Shown in pieces: positions 49,046 through 63,275 of a stretch of DNA of 64,000 nucleotides. The translations under genes and the position numbers were made by a program. Location: positions 82,402,320 through 82,466,319 of the forward strand of contig JAUZTB010000135.1 in the NCBI GenBank assembly GCA_034780895.1, read 5' to 3'. The number at the start of each line of letters is the position of its first letter. The first letter of the stretch is position 1. The notes beneath the pieces are model-generated. The model did no database searches and had not been told where the DNA came from. It saw only the letters and a program-made list of their open reading frames with translations. The DNA is from Rhynchobatus australiae (lineage: Eukaryota).

Positions 49046-49599
49046 CATAAAGGCCTACAACATGGAAGGGTTTTATTCCTATCATTTTTGTTGATTCTTT
49101 AGGTGTGTGTTCTGCTAAAAGCCAAGTAAACACCCCCAAACTGATTAAATCATGGATATTTGAGACATGAAATGAGGCACTCAATTAGATCCAATAGCTG
49201 GGAAGTGTGTAATCAGAGGCTGAATTAAGGTTTTGGTGGGAGCTCACACAACCATCTTGTGCATCTGATATGCTTGTAAGCTCATCCATAAATCCAACTA
49301 CAGAAGGGACATGTGTTTGATCAGATTGTNNNNNNNNNNNNNNNNNNNNNNNNNNNNNNNNNNNNNNNNNNNNNNNNNNNNNNNNNNNNNNNNNNNNNNN
49401 NNNNNNNNNNNNNNNNNNNNNNNNNNNNNNNNNNNNNNNNNNNNNNNNNNNNNNNNNNNNNNNNNNNNNNNNNNNNNNNNNNNNNNNNNNNNNNNNTCAG
49501 GGAACACAAAAGATGGTCAATGAATGTCACACTGTCCAGTGATGTTCACATCCCTGAACAAATTAAAACAGAATTGTTACTAATAACAGATGGCTAGGA

Positions 49600-49810
49600 T
49601 GTTAATGGAGAGGGATGGAGGACAATTAGTGTTGTCAACATGAATTGGAACCTTGCAGTGATAAATTCTGGCATCAGCATGTAGATCAGAAAAAGAAGCT
49701 GGACAAAGACTGAACATCCAGTGTATCCCTGTTGTGACAGGAGGTGATCCTTTCACAGGAGGTCCTCAGCAGAATGAAAAGAGTGCAAAAGTGATGGACT
49801 ACAAAGAAGA
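49600..49810 (-). mobile_element. L2 reverse-transcriptase remnant
   Basis: Minus strand shows decayed equivalents of G.PQGSVLGP and YADD (cagggatacactggatgttcagtctttgtcc; ctacatgctgatgcc). Confidence 0.45.
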
Positions 49811-49842
49811 TACACAGGAAGAGATGAGGTATGGAATGCAAT

Positions 49843-50270
49843 GAGGATAGGTTGAGCGACTTAGGGCTTTTCTCTTTGGAGAGGAGGCGGATGAGATGTG
49901 ACTTGATAGAGTGTACAAGATGATAAAAGGCATAGATTGAGTGGACAGGCAGAGACTTTTTCCCAGGGTGAAAATGGCTAACACAAGGGGGCTTAATTTT
50001 AAGGCGACTGGAGGAAGGTATAGGGGGGATATCAGAAGTAAGTTTTGTACACAGAGAGTGGTGGGTGCGTGGAACGACTGCTGGCAGAGGTGGTCGAGGC
50101 GGATTCATTAGGGACATTTAAGAAACTCCTAGATTGGCAAATGAATGATAGAAAAATGAAGGGCTATGTGGGAGGAAAGGGTTAGATAGATCTTAAAGCA
50201 GGACAAAATGTCAGCACAACATTGTGGGCCGAAGGGCCTGTACTGTGCTGTAAGGTTCAATGTTCTATGT
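49843..50270 (+). mobile_element. CR1 3' end
   Basis: EDRLSDLGLFSLERRRMRCDLIECTR..; tail gggccgaagggcctgtactgtgctgtaaggttcaatgttctatgt. Confidence 0.92.
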
Positions 50271-51104
50271 AAGGTCAAAGACCAACAGAGTATGAGATTT
50301 GTTGTTACTCACCCAGAGAGCTGCAGGTGGATTGGTGAATCCCCACAATTTGCCTGCTAACAGAGGAGATTTCATCCTGTGAGAGTAGGGGCATCCCATT
50401 CAATTGCCTCCAACCCTCCCTCACTCTGCACTAAAATAGCAATGGTTTACACCATGGTCTACTGGCCCCTGGCAGCATCAGGTTGAAGATTCTCCTTAAG
50501 TTTTCTGGGGGAGATTCAAAGTCTCGGTTGCTGGGATCTTGTGAGGAAGGGCAATCAGCAATACAGGAGTAACACTGGAGAGACCAGGGGGCAGTCTCAC
50601 TCTGGGAGATGGCAAGGAGTCAGCAGCTGAAGAGGAGGAGTGTGTGGAGAGGGAAAGGAAGAAGGGGGTTCTGNNNNNNNNNNNNNNNNNNNNNNNNNNN
50701 NNNNNNNNNNNNNNNNNNNNNNNNNNNNNNNNNNNNNNNNNNNNNNNNNNNNNNNNNNNNNNNNNNNNNNNNNNNNNNNNNNNNNNNNNNNNNNNNNNNN
50801 NNNNNNNNNNNNNNNNNNNNNNNNNNNNNNNNNNNNNNNNNNNNNNNNNNNNNNNNNNNNNNNNNNNNNNNNNNNNNNNNNNNNNNNNNTGTGTGTGTGT
50901 GTGTGCATGCACATGTGAGCATGTGGGTGTATGTGTACCTGATTTCCAACCATCCTGAATTCCCTTCCCTTGCTCTGTTCTGTCAAGAATGTGTCATCGC
51001 TGGTGTGCCATGGTCATCCCACATTGAAAAAAATCCTGCATAATATCCTCAGGACTGGAGTGGAAAAATTCACCCTCAAACTCAGGAGACTGCCAAAAAA
51101 GAGA

Positions 51105-51660
51105 AGGTGTGAGTGTCTATGCTGGTAGAGGATAGCCTTGTTCTTCCAAGATCCATCTCTCCAAGTAGTGCTGACCACTGAAAATGTCTGGCAGGCTGGA
51201 TTCTCTCAGGATGAAGGAATCATATGTACTTCCCAGAAACATAGCATTCACCTTGAAATCCTTGTCGTTACCATATTAAGATGCACTCACAGGGAATGGA
51301 AACTTTCTAGTTGATGGAATTCTTCTTCAGGGGGACCTTAGTGCAGCTGACTGCCTGCATGAGGGAATGCGAGCAAATACCAGTGCCCTGAAATGTCACC
51401 NNNNNNNNNNNNNNNNNNNNNNNNNNNNNNNNNNNNNNNNNNNNNNATTGTGCCTGGGTAGCTTCACTGATGCAGTGGTGAGCAGCATGCTGGAAGGTGA
51501 GTCAGACATCTCAGTGGCCATTTGGAAAGAACCTGTGGCAAGGAAGTTGAGGGTCCACATGATCTTGACCACCTTCGAGAGAGGGATATAAGCACATGAG
51601 CATCATTCTGCAGAACATCAATGATGACAGCCTATGAACACATTCTTGAACAGAGCTGTT
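51105..51660 (-). mobile_element. Harbinger (HARBI1-like) DDE transposase remnant
   Basis: VKIMWTLNFLATGSFQ; QHAAHHCISEATQA; IN.K.FHSL; NAMFLGSTYDSFILRESSLPDIF; WILEEQGYPL. Confidence 0.8.
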
Positions 51661-52939
51661 AGCAGGAAGCAGTGTCTCTGAAGCCTTTCTGGGAACATGG
51701 TCTTCATGGATGGGCATGTCTTTGTTTCCTGCACTGAGTATCTTGACCCACCCTGTGTGGTCAGCCATAGCAATGACAATACTTCCAGTAATGGAGTGCC
51801 ACCAGAGGGGTTGTCACTGAGAAATGAGCATGTCAGTAGCTAAGTGTGTGGAGAACACACCCTGTTAGTTTTATCTACACTCTGTGGCCTTTGGGAGCTG
51901 TTTGAACTGCCTGAAATGAGTGCTGTAATTGCTCAGTCAGGTCTCTGGATATAGGCAATCTCCATGTTAATAGTGAGGAGCAACACCCAAGAGTGATGTG
52001 CTCCTGGGTTGAGAGAAACTGTTCCACAATAGTCACTCTGTGGGGCTTTGAGGTCCCATTTGTTATTAAGGTTGAACATTAACATTATATAATTAGTTAC
52101 GTCATTTGGCATGCATCTGACTCAAGGAAACAATCAGATGTGTTTTCGTGGACTGTGCATTGAAGTGCTTCGTCCAATTTTGTCATTGGTGCAATTTCAC
52201 CAGAGAGTGATTGCAAATGCAGCCTACTCTTAGTGAAATTGAACTTTGGGTGTTTAGTGCCAGCAAAAAAAAACAAGGGTTATATAATCTACTTTCTAGG
52301 AATTTGCCTTTTAAAGTATGTAATAGTCTATCATGTTCTGTGGAGTATCACAATGGTTTAGATTTTATGGAGAACAACTCACAGTTATTACTCGTGTAAG
52401 TTACACAATTGTCTTGCAGTTATCAGATTTGAAAAGAAGAACTTGCTATACGAAAGCCACCAGAACCATATTGGGCAAGGCCCTGCATGGTGCCGGGGTA
52501 TGTCAGTGGGCCAGGGGTAGTCCCACTCACAGAACTGCTGAGGAAACATTTGTCAGGCAAGAAAGCCATGCTTCATGCCTTAGTCATCTGTGAAAACCAT
52601 CGATTCCTCTCAATGCTTTTGAAGAACCCTGACATTCAGAAACATTCAAAAACTAGAACAAATCAAATCTAAAGATATATAATAAAATAGAATGTTCATA
52701 TAACCAGAAAAAAGCAGGAGATTGCAGAGCCTCATAACAACAATGTGTGTGACCCAAGTATAGTTCAGTAAAGAAACAACTTAGAAATCATGGAAGCTAT
52801 GGTTAGCATAAGGATGTACACCATAATCCTAGTTTTTCTAAAACCCCCATAGGAGGCCCTCCATTGCCCTAAGAGGGTAAAATTTTGAGTTTTCCCATTG
52901 AAAATTGATGAGATTTTATTCAGATCTATTTTTAAGGTA

Positions 52940-54862
52940 CTAAATATTTAGGTGGACCTGACCTAAGTACATTTGGTCCTCCTGAACCACAAAGAGAAAC
53001 TGAAAATTTGTGCACTGAGTTTCTGCGGGAGACCAGCAGCAATTTAAACCAGTTAGATGAATACATCTGAGAGAAAGAACCAAGTTTAGTGAGATACCAA
53101 AGAAATATCTCAGATACAATTACAGACACTGTTCATAATGGCCAAATTTTTTTTTTGTTTTTGGATGCTTCTGGTGGACTGGGAAAGACTTTCCTCATTA
53201 TCCTCTTTTGGCCAAAGTCAGAAGACAAAACATGACTGTTCTGGCTGTGGTATCATCAGCTATTGCTTCAACACTTCTGACGGGGAAGAATTCCACAATT
53301 GGCTGTTAAAATCCCTTCAAATTTGACAAGTGTTACATGTTTGGCATGTAACATTGGTCAGGAACTGCAAAGGCAACAATTCTTAAAGATTGTAAACTTA
53401 TTATCTGGGAATGTGCAATGGCTCACAAAGAGCCATTGAAGCATTAGAGCAAACGTTGCAAGACACAATAATAAATTAATAGGAGGCGTTACTTGAATGT
53501 TAGCTGGAGATTTTTGTCAATGCTATCAGCAATTCCATGAAGTACTAAAGCAAATGAATTGAAAGCCTGTTTTAAAGCACTATATATTTGGTAAGATGTT
53601 AAATGATTACACTTGAAAACTAATATGCAAGTGCAACCTCTTCATCTGCTGGAAAGTTTGCTTCAAATTTACTCAAATTAGAAATTGGGAAAACTAAATA
53701 CAAGGACTCAACAGGAATGATTTTAATGAAAAACATGGGCCAATTTGTTAGATCACATCATGATTTGATGCAAGCTGTTTTCCCAAATGTCACTCAACAA
53801 GATTGTCTGGTATTGGAGGTNNNNNNNNNNNNNNNNNNNNNNNNNNNNNNNNNNNNNNNNNNNNNNNNNNNNNNNNNNNNNNNNNNNNNNNNNNNNNNNN
53901 NNNNNNNNNNNNNNNNNNNNGCTGTTTTCCCAAATGTCACTCAACCCTATTTGCATGTAAAAGCCATTTGAGCGCCAAAAAATGACACGTTGCTGGACAT
54001 GAATAGGACATGAGTTTATGTTGTACATGTTGTCTGGAAACCTTCTTTCAAAGCTTCCCAGACAACCTGTACAATATCAATCTGTTGACAGTGTGACAGA
54101 CATTGATGAGGCTGTACATTTTCTTGTTGAATTTTTAAACTCTCTGTCACAACTTGGTGTGCTCTCCCATAATTTTGAACTAAAAGAACCCCAGTCATAC
54201 TACTCAGGAATTTATATCCACTAATACTATGCAATGGCACAAGATTATCAGTTCAAAAGTTACCACCACATATAATTGAGGCTATGATAATAACTGGTAA
54301 TGTTGGGAAAAAAAAGTCCTCATCCCTCAATTACCAATTATCCCATCTGATCCACCTTTTTCAATTCAAGCAACTTCTGTTCTGTGTTCAACTTAGTTTT
54401 GCTATAAGCAATAACAAGCTGCAAGGACAATCACCTGTTGGCCTTAATCTTGGAACTGAATGTTTTTCCCATGGTCCCCCATATGTTGGTTGTTCCAGAG
54501 TTGGAAATGAAAATAACCTATACATTTTCACACTAGATTCAAAAGAAAGAAATATAATGTATTCTGAAGCACTTCAACATTGACTCAAGTAAATATACAC
54601 ACTGTGCAGAGATATATACTTAAAGAGGACCATATTAAATGGACTTTTGTATACATGTTTATTTTCAGAATGTATGCTTTTTTTGGTAACTTTAGTTCAA
54701 CTTCATAATTTAAACCTCCTGATTATATCATTTATAGAATAAATATATATTTATGTTAAATTTTATTTCATTTAGGAGAGTTATAAAACTCGATTGCATG
54801 GAAATAAATGCAAACATCATGATTGCCAGCATAATAACACAAGCAACGCTCAGTACAGCTGG
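52940..54862 (+). mobile_element. Decayed Helitron: RepHel Pif1 helicase domain and 3' terminus
   Basis: FLDASGG/TGKTF (Walker A), LAVVSSAIASTLL, LKDCKLIIW.C.MAHK, LAGDF, HLKTNM, EFLNSL..G..SH, LCNGTRL, SFAISNNKLQGQS, FSHG..YVGCSRV. Ends ..agcaacgctcagtacagCTGG followed by t. Confidence 0.88.
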
Positions 54863-56299
54863 TAGCATTCAAATAAAATTATTGAAAATTAAAAAATAAA
54901 TTCTCCTGGTATCATTAAAAGATGCTTTCAAAGGAACATTACTGCAAACATAATCAATGATAAAAGGTAACTTTCTTCCCCACAGCTGTACAATTCCTTT
55001 AGAAATGGATGGGCCTGCAGATTATACATCATGTTAACCTGAAGAAGATCCACAGAACTTCGGTGCTGAGGAATTCCAGCAAGTTCATGCTCAGCAGTTG
55101 GGCTCCAGGTGGAGTCCAGTGGTGGAGCACAGATTCAGTACCAGAAATCTCTCAGCAAATCTGGTCCTTCCCTGTTCAGATCAGCATCCACTGAAGTGCA
55201 AACCCTGCTGGCATTTACAGGGATTAGATGCTGACATTTTGCTGCTGAAAATACCCAGGCCACTGTGATCATATACATTAAAATAAAGCAAAACCTTGAA
55301 TCTTGGGCCTTAGCAATATTTGATGCTGGGTGTTGTGGAGTTTCTGTAGTACTAGATTAAAACATTATAGAAGAATGAACACTTTATCAAGTTATCTAAT
55401 AATGGAGATCTTACTGCAAGCAGCTCTACAGTGTAAAATATTATGTTCTTGTGGCAAGTTTACTAACATAAATTGGCATAACAATATTGGAAAAAATTCA
55501 CCAGATCTTTGTCAAAATAACCTTCAACGGAGGTGAGAATGTCACACAAGAAGTCTGTTCTGGGCTTTGGTATGATAGATCAAAATGAAAATTCCTGTTA
55601 GTATTTCCACAGTTGAAGCAACAAATCAGCAATGCTCTACACGCAACGAAGGACTGTCACTGCATGAAAATCAAACTTTTCCAGACAAAATAAGTCTGGG
55701 AATCAAGCAATCAGAGCAAGTTCAGGTGCAAATTATGGCTGCTGAAGAACAAACATCACCAAACACCTCAGAAATATCATCAAGTTTGTTGTGTACAATC
55801 AATTATTTTAAAGGAATGTAGGCAAATCCAAGATCCCGCAAACAGCAGAGAAGTGCCCAGTTAAATTATTTAAAGTTGGGAAAAGAATATCCCATGAGTA
55901 GAGATTGGAGTCCTGAACTTCTTCATTATCTTTAACAATCCTACTGTATTTATGCATTATTCCAATAAAAAGTCTGAGAGAGAATATTTGCTTTTTCATG
56001 TAAATCTCAGAGCTCATTTACATTTTGGCATTGATCAAACACAGAAACTTCCTGGATTTGCAATTAATACAAAAGAATGCTTAAGAAGTGTTAAATGAGG
56101 AAAAATCATGCATTTTGTCACTAAATCCTGCAATGTTCTTTTACTGTACTCTTTTCTTTAGCTTTTCCCTAATCCATACTGAGAATGAGTTTGTGAAAGA
56201 AATGACTTTTCCCATAAGAGACACATTCAATGGCAATATAGAGGAGGTGGCACAAGCATTGTGCCCAGACCAGGGGAAATGGTTAATTTTCTAAGCTGA

Positions 56300-56703
56300 T
56301 GATGGGGTGTAGTTATTGTCAGTGTGACCATCACTTATTGCCCAAATCTGATTGCTCTTGGAAAGATGATGGTGAATGTTCTTCTTGATAATTGAGTGGG
56401 TTACTAGCCCACTGTTCAGAGCAGTTAAAAACCAACCACATTGCTGAGAATCTAGAATGATATATTGGCCAAAATGAGTGAGAACACCAGAGTTCCTTTC
56501 CTTGAGGACATTAATGAACTAAACGAGTTCACAGTTATGATGTTCCAGTAGTTTCATGCTCACTATTACTAATGCTTGTTTCTTTGTCTATATTTATTTA
56601 GTTATCAAATTTGAGTTGCCCAGCATGGATTTAAAGTCATACTTCCACTGTTAGCCCTGGTCTCTGGCAACTGGTCTAGTAACATGACCAGCATACTCCT
56701 GTA
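56300..56703 (-). mobile_element. tRNA-derived SINE (same family as 17245-17610)
   Basis: cacttattgcccaaatc..gcagttaaaaaccaaccacattgct..ttcctttccttgaggacattaatgaac..ctggtctagtaacatgacc. Confidence 0.7.
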
Positions 56704-58439
56704 CAAAAGTAATTATGTGCCTTGTATGTAAAGGTCAAGCAGGATCCAATCCAAACAGTCTTCCAATGAATGGTTGCACCTCTCCAAAAGTGCTACTGAC
56801 TTCATCACAAGGCCCTGCAGACCACTGTCACGACTATTCAGTCTGTGGCATTTAAAATGACAGTCCTGGAATTTTACAGCTCCTCATCCTTCCAGGCTGC
56901 CACATAGTGTCAATGCAGTGTTAACCTGGGAGAAGTCAGGGCCTGATGTGTGACAGAGCAGCTGAATTCGGACACTTCAGCTTCAACCCCAGCAGCTGAG
57001 GCACTGGGACAAGACAGCTGGACTCCCCAGGGTGCAGGGTGTCAAAATGTTCTGCATGTGGCACTGAACTGCCAAACAAGCAGTTGCTGCAGTGTGTGAG
57101 TCGGATGAGTTTCCATTCTCAGCGCACCTACCTCACCTGTAATGCAAACAGGGCCTTCTACTCACTAACTGTTGTGAGGGACATTCTGGGACTGATTCTG
57201 CCAGACTTCTTCATTGATTGTTTGACTCTCCTGGGAGCCCCTCAGTCCATGCCTTCTTCTTCAGATACCTTCAGATGATATCCAAACTTTATATTCAGCT
57301 TGGCTTTTCAAGGAATCGAAACCTGTGTAAAAATTCATAAGACTGAATGTTCTCTGCCCTAAGTTACTTCAATGTTCACTGTACAGTATGTGTTCTGTTT
57401 GGATTCCTAACATCCAATTATTCAATTGAAGGCTGCACTCAAATACTTCTGAGATTCAGGGAGCTCAAAACAACATGGCTCCCTTTTTTTAAGGGATCTT
57501 TACAGATTGCCTCTCTGGAACTTTGTATACACATTATTATAGGATAGAGAGTAGATTGTCACATGTTACACATGCTGCACTGTTCCCTTTTAGAAAAGAA
57601 AATACAAATTAAATTCACAGATTTACAAGCTTCACACATTTTCCTGGTTCATTCACTTTTCACATTCTCTTTGAATAATGCCATTGCCACCTGCAGAGAG
57701 TTCTTAGTTCAGACAGATGTTGTTGGAGTATTGTGCAATTCTGGACACAATAATGTGGCCCTCATCAGCAATATCACAGTTGCGCTCCTCTTGACCATTT
57801 GTGCGAATCACATCGGAAACCCAATTGATATCACAGTCTCTTTTGCTGTGCCCCAGGTACATTGGCTGGGAATAAGGTGCCAACATGGACAGTCGGAAAT
57901 CTATTACCCATTTTTATTGGTTAATTACTAACCTCATCTCTGCTATCCTAATATCACAATTCTTCCAAAGTCCCAACCCTGCATTTTTTCCATAAGGTCC
58001 CAGCCTGAATCTCTTTTGCATGTGGTTTGAATCATGATGCTTTCTATCATCATTACTCCTTCATACTCCTATCATCATACTCCTCCACATTAGTTTGAGT
58101 GAGCCGCAACTTTGGGCTGAGTCTTTAATTCATTAACATCTCATCAGAAGTAAATCTTATTGTGAACTGGTTTGATAGCCTGGAATGAATGTGTGAGTCA
58201 ATGATTCATTGTAGAGAGTCACATTCCATTGACCCTCTACAACCATCCTTTTGCATGCCTCCTTTGCCATTATCTGACCTGTCAACTTTCCGTTGGAAGT
58301 GGTAGTACTTCATTCCATTACTTTAGATAAACTGTTCAAACTGAAAGGATCTGAGCATGGTTATTGTCTGATGCAATTTCTTCAGGCAGACAATGCATGA
58401 GATAGAAAGCTCTTAATTCCTCAATTGTATGGTGATAGT

Positions 58440-58916
58440 AGTGCAAGAATAGTGTTGTACCTGGACATATGTGGGCAATGTAGTGCAGATGGCAGAACTG
58501 TAACTGTACTGGAATGTCTTGGCTGGTGCAGCTAGTTCAAGAGAGCATCATTTCATTTCTACAGATGGGATGATGTTTGAAGCCATCACCTTTCCTGCAT
58601 CCAGCACTCTCCATCACTTCTTAGTATCATGTGGATTGAATCAAATTGGCTTCCATGGTGGTTGGGAGTAAGCCAACATGAATCATCCGCCTGGCACTTC
58701 TGACTGAAGGTGCTGGCGGTTGCTTCAACCTTGCCTTTAGCACTCACATGCTAGGCCCCACTGTCATTGAGGATGGGAATGTTAATGGAGCCTTCTCCTC
58801 TCATTAGCAATTTAATTGTCCTCAACCATTTATGACTAGAAGGGGCAGGATTGCAGACCTTAGATATGATCCATTGGTTGTGAGATTGCTTAATTCTATC
58901 TACTACTGCTCTTCTT
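58440..58916 (-). mobile_element. CR1-group LINE ORF2 fragment (family of 7660-7915)
   Basis: VDRIKQSHNQWIISKVCNPAPSSHKWLRTIKLLMRGEGSINIPILNDSGA. Confidence 0.75.
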
Positions 58917-61692
58917 NNNNNNNNNNNNNNNNNNNNNNNNNNNNNNNNNNNNNNNNNNNNNNNNNNNNNNNNNNNNNNNNNNNNNNNNNNNNNNNNNNNN
59001 NNNNNNNNNNNNNNNNNNNNNNNNNNNNNNNNNNNNNNNNNNNNNNNNNNNNNNNNNNNNNNNNNNNNNNNNNNNNNNNNNNNNNNNNNNNNNNNNNNNN
59101 NNNNNNNNNNNNNNNNNNNNNNNNNNNNNNNNNNNNNNNNNNNNNNNNNNNNNNNNNNNNNNNNNNNNNNNNNNNNNNNNNNNNNNNNNNNNNNNNNNNN
59201 NNNGTTCTGTCTATCCAATTTAGCATTATTGTAGTGCCACACAGCATGAAGGAGAGTGTCCATAGTGTGTACATGGAAATTTTTCTCCACAAGGTTAAAG
59301 CAATGGTCATTTCTATCAATGCTGTCTTGAGGAGTTGAATCTGCCACAGGTTTTTCAGCATAGACTATTTCAGACAAATAATGAATAGTAGGTAAAAACA
59401 CAAAGGCATTTACGAAAAAGACATGATTGTAATTCCCACCAGCATAATGCTGGCTTCAGTTAGGTTTCTGCATAGCTCCAGCTGAATGAGGCCAGGGCAA
59501 TGGAGCTAGGCTGCTTTATCACATGAGCAGTCGCCTCTCATTGAGCATGGTTGGGAAATGAATGTGGGCTTTTGGAAAATTAGGCCATCCATCAACTCAC
59601 AGGTAGGTATGGGAAAGAGATTCTGAGGCACTGCAGGAGGCTTGCAGTAGGAAGGGGCAGCTCTAGTGCAGAGAGGCCTAAACCTTCCCTGTGAAGCCAC
59701 AGAGAGAATACCTGCCCCATTTTAACCAGAGTGTTAAAAATACACACCTGCAGGGCCTCTTCAGCTTTCTGATCCCCTTCACATCGACCACAGCCTGTTG
59801 CAGCTGTGTTGCTCAGGGTGAGGTTAAAATCGCTCTTGGAGATGTAGGATTTCTTTGTACCTGATAAACATATGTGGTCTGCGATATTTAATTCGACTTA
59901 GCTGATCATCCAGAAGCACCCAGTAAAATTAGGTACAGTGGGATCCAGATGGCTTTCCGGCAGGTATGTAACCTGGGGCATTTTAACTGCCCACCAGCCT
60001 AGTTTCTGCCAGGTGGATAGAGTTAAAATCTTCCTCCCCCTGACATTAAAGTAAAACTTGAAAGGTTTATCCAGGCACATTGAAACTTTTAAGTGTGCAA
60101 ATATCCCTTATTTTTTAGGACCATGGAATGAATTCAGCTTTGTTTATATTTTGTAGCTTTCCATTTGGGCTTTAGTCACTGCACTTTGTAGGGGGAAGTT
60201 TAGGTTTCCAAAGCTAAAAATCTGAGGCCAAAGCAAGGCAAGTCTTTACCCAGTTTTCCTCAATTTCCAGCAGCATGGAGATTTAAATAATCAAGTTTAT
60301 CCCATTCCATATCGTGCCTGAGGTTGGGAGCTCATCAGAGAGGCAAGGAAAATAAAGGTCCTTAAAGACCTAGTTAAAGGCACAAGATTGCTGCCAAGTT
60401 TATACCTGCACACATAGGCATAAAAAAATGGATTCCTTTCAAAGTGCCTTAAAATATTTTGATGGCTTATTTCAACATTTATAGAAGTTGCTTAAGCTGA
60501 AATAAAAGTATATTTCAGAGTCAACAGCTGCGTAGATTGTGTTAGCTCATGTGAGAGGAAGCAAAATAAGATCCTGTGTGTACCCTCAAGAATGGAGAGC
60601 AGGAGCTGAAGAGTGTGGCATCTTGGACAGAGACTTTATGAGCCTCTCCAGTTGCTTCATTTACAGGTACATGCCCCACACATTCATGCTGCAAAGTATT
60701 TCCAGACGAGCTGTTGCACATTTATTGCTGGCTCACATGAAGCTCTCACTCAACCTTTTAGATTGCTAGCCATGCACATCTATGAGACACACATCTGAAA
60801 ATACTCACATCTTCAAAGGGATTCATATTTAAGAGGACTGAAATATAATCTAGCCGTATTCTGCATCCACATGACAGTGCCTGAGACGGACTAGAACTGC
60901 AACACATGTATGTCATTGCACAGCTGCTCCCTCTANNNNNNNNNNNNCTAAACTGCTTTCTTGCTTGACCAAAACCAATCAATGAACACAAGCAGGACAA
61001 AACTAGAAATTAAAGTACTCTAAACTCCTGTGCAGGGAGGGGGCCAACATAAATATATATTGATAATTCCAATACCTTGTGAGGTGAAGAGAACATTAAG
61101 AGACCAACCTCCCAAAATTACAAACCAGAGCCAAATAGACTTTATATATTGAGTACTGAAGTGAAAAGCTTTGGTTTTGCATGCCATCAAGACAGACCAT
61201 GCCATAAATGATTAGTAGGACATAGTAGGCCTTAGACTGGGCACAGTCGAACTGTTCACAGCATAAATTGTGCTGGGTGGAGTAGCAATTAGGTATTGTT
61301 AGTTACAGCTGGGGTTGGTTAGGGCAGAATAGACATTGTGCTGACCACAACAGACATTGAATTGGGCAGATAAAAGCTAAGCTAGATGCAATAGGCTTTG
61401 ATCGGGCCACAGAAAGAATTTAGTCCCAGTAGGAGTCATGCCAAGCACAGTAGGAGTTTAGCCAAGCACTGTAGGAGCTGAGCTGGACACAGCAAGAGGT
61501 GAGTGGGCAACAGCGGAAGTTAAAATGGGTGCCACAGGTATGGAGATGGGCGCAGTAGGTGTTGCACTGGAGAGATATGAGCTGAGCTGGGTACACTAAT
61601 AGTGTGGGGCACAGTAGTAATTGAGTTGGTGCAACAGGGTCAAGTGGGGAGAATTAAACTGGGCACTGTGGGTATGGATATTATTGATATTA

Positions 61693-61905
61693 GTATTGGT
61701 ATTGGTTTATTATTGTCACATGTACTGAGATACATTGAATTGCTTTTGATTGTGTGCCATCCAGACAGATCATCCCATACATAAGAATGTCAAGGTAGTA
61801 GAAAGAAAAGCAGTATGCAGAATATAGTGTTGCAGTTACAGAGAAAGTGCAGTGCAGGTAGACAAATAAAGTACAAGGGCCATGACGAGGTAGACTGGGA
61901 GATCT
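61693..61905 (-). mobile_element. Rex1-like LINE 3' end nested in the array
   Basis: (attggt)n tail, then ttattattgtcacatgtactgagatac..gagaaagtgcagtgcaggtag. Confidence 0.75.
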
Positions 61906-62004
61906 ACCTTGGGCACAGTAGTAGTGAGTTGGGTACGTGTGTTGAGTTGGCACAGTAGAAGCTGAGGTGAGCATGGAAAGATTTGAGCTTGGCAAGTAGT
62001 AAGG

Positions 62005-62150
62005 TATCTAATTAGTTAAGGTATCACGGGATATGGGGATAAGGCCAGAAACTGAAGCTAGAAAGGAATAGTTTTCTTTCTCTTTAGCTCATGGAGCAGA
62101 CTTGATGGGCTGAATGGCCTACTTCTTTTCCCTTGTCTTGTGATCTTGTG
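62005..62150 (+). mobile_element. CR1 3' tail fragment in the array
   Basis: ggtatcacgggatatggggataagg..gacttgatgggctgaatggcctacttc..(tcttgtga) tail. Confidence 0.75.
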
Positions 62151-63275
62151 AAAATTATAGTTGGGTTGTTTGCAGTAAATATTGAGCTGGGCACAGTCAG
62201 TATTGAGCTGGGTACATGAGATACTGAGATTGGTGCAGTAGGTATTGAGCCAGACGCAGTAGATATATAAGTTGGGTACATTAGGCATTGGGATAGGTGG
62301 AGTAGGTATTGTGCAGAGTACAATGGATATTGAACTGGGTCTAATAGATATCGAGCTGGGTGCAGTAGGTATTGAGCTGGACATTCAAGGAGCTAAGATC
62401 TGAGCAAAGCACAGTTGTATGGGGCACCAGGGTATTGAGTAGAGTACAGTAGGTATTTATCTGGGCACAGCAGAAGTTGGGCACAGGAGGAGTTCATGTA
62501 GGCAGAGCAGGCATGGAGCCAACACAAGAATGGAGCCAGGAACAATAGTTTAGTTGGGTAGTGCAGGAATTGACCCTTGCAGATTAGCATTCAGTTAGTC
62601 ATTATAGTAACATACATGGGCACAACAGGAGTACATCTGGCGATAGTAGGATTTGAGCCAGGCATTGATGGGGTTGAGCTAGGTACAGTTGGTATTCATC
62701 TGATTGCAGTAGGAGGCCAAACCAAGGGCTCAAAGCTGCACTGTGCACAGTGGGTGCTGTGTTGGGTGCAGTAGGCATTGAGCAAGACATCAGGTGATGG
62801 AGTTGGACATAGCAGAGCCTGCACTGGGCATGATATGCAATGCCCCGGAGACAGTAGGAGTTAAGCAGGCTCTGAGGGAGTTTAAAGTTGTGCTGGGCAA
62901 AGGAAGAGCTCAACTGGACACAACAAGAGTTGAGCTGGTCACAGTAAAAGATGAGCCAAGCAAAGTGGGCATTGAGGTGGACACAGTAGGATCACCAGAG
63001 CACCATAGAAGTTGAGCTGGGCAGAACAGGAGCTGAACTGTGTAAGACAGCAGTCAAGCTCTGCATGGTAGGAGCTGAGCCCAGCTCAGTCGGCATTGAG
63101 CTGGGCATAGTAAAATTTGCACTGGGTATAATGAGTATTGAGCTGAGCACAGCAGCAGTTGAGCTGGGCATTACAGAGTTTCCACTGGGCAGAATAGATA
63201 TTGAGATGGACACAGCAGGAGTAGCGCCAGGCACTGTAGATATTGAGCCTGACACAGAGGGTGTTGAGTCAAGTA

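Noticed and set aside
48420-51660. A single Harbinger transposase or the domesticated HARBI1 gene
   Set aside because: The two pieces seem to overlap in the GYPL..W..TP region and are full of stops and frameshifts, so they are two dead copies.
53773-53945. gctgttttcccaaatgtcactcaac duplicated across a 100-N gap
   Set aside because: Most likely a scaffolding overlap, not a real tandem duplication.
59700-60040. Recurrent attttaac/gttaaaat inverted motifs
   Set aside because: Probably a decayed palindromic DNA-transposon remnant, too degenerate to delimit.
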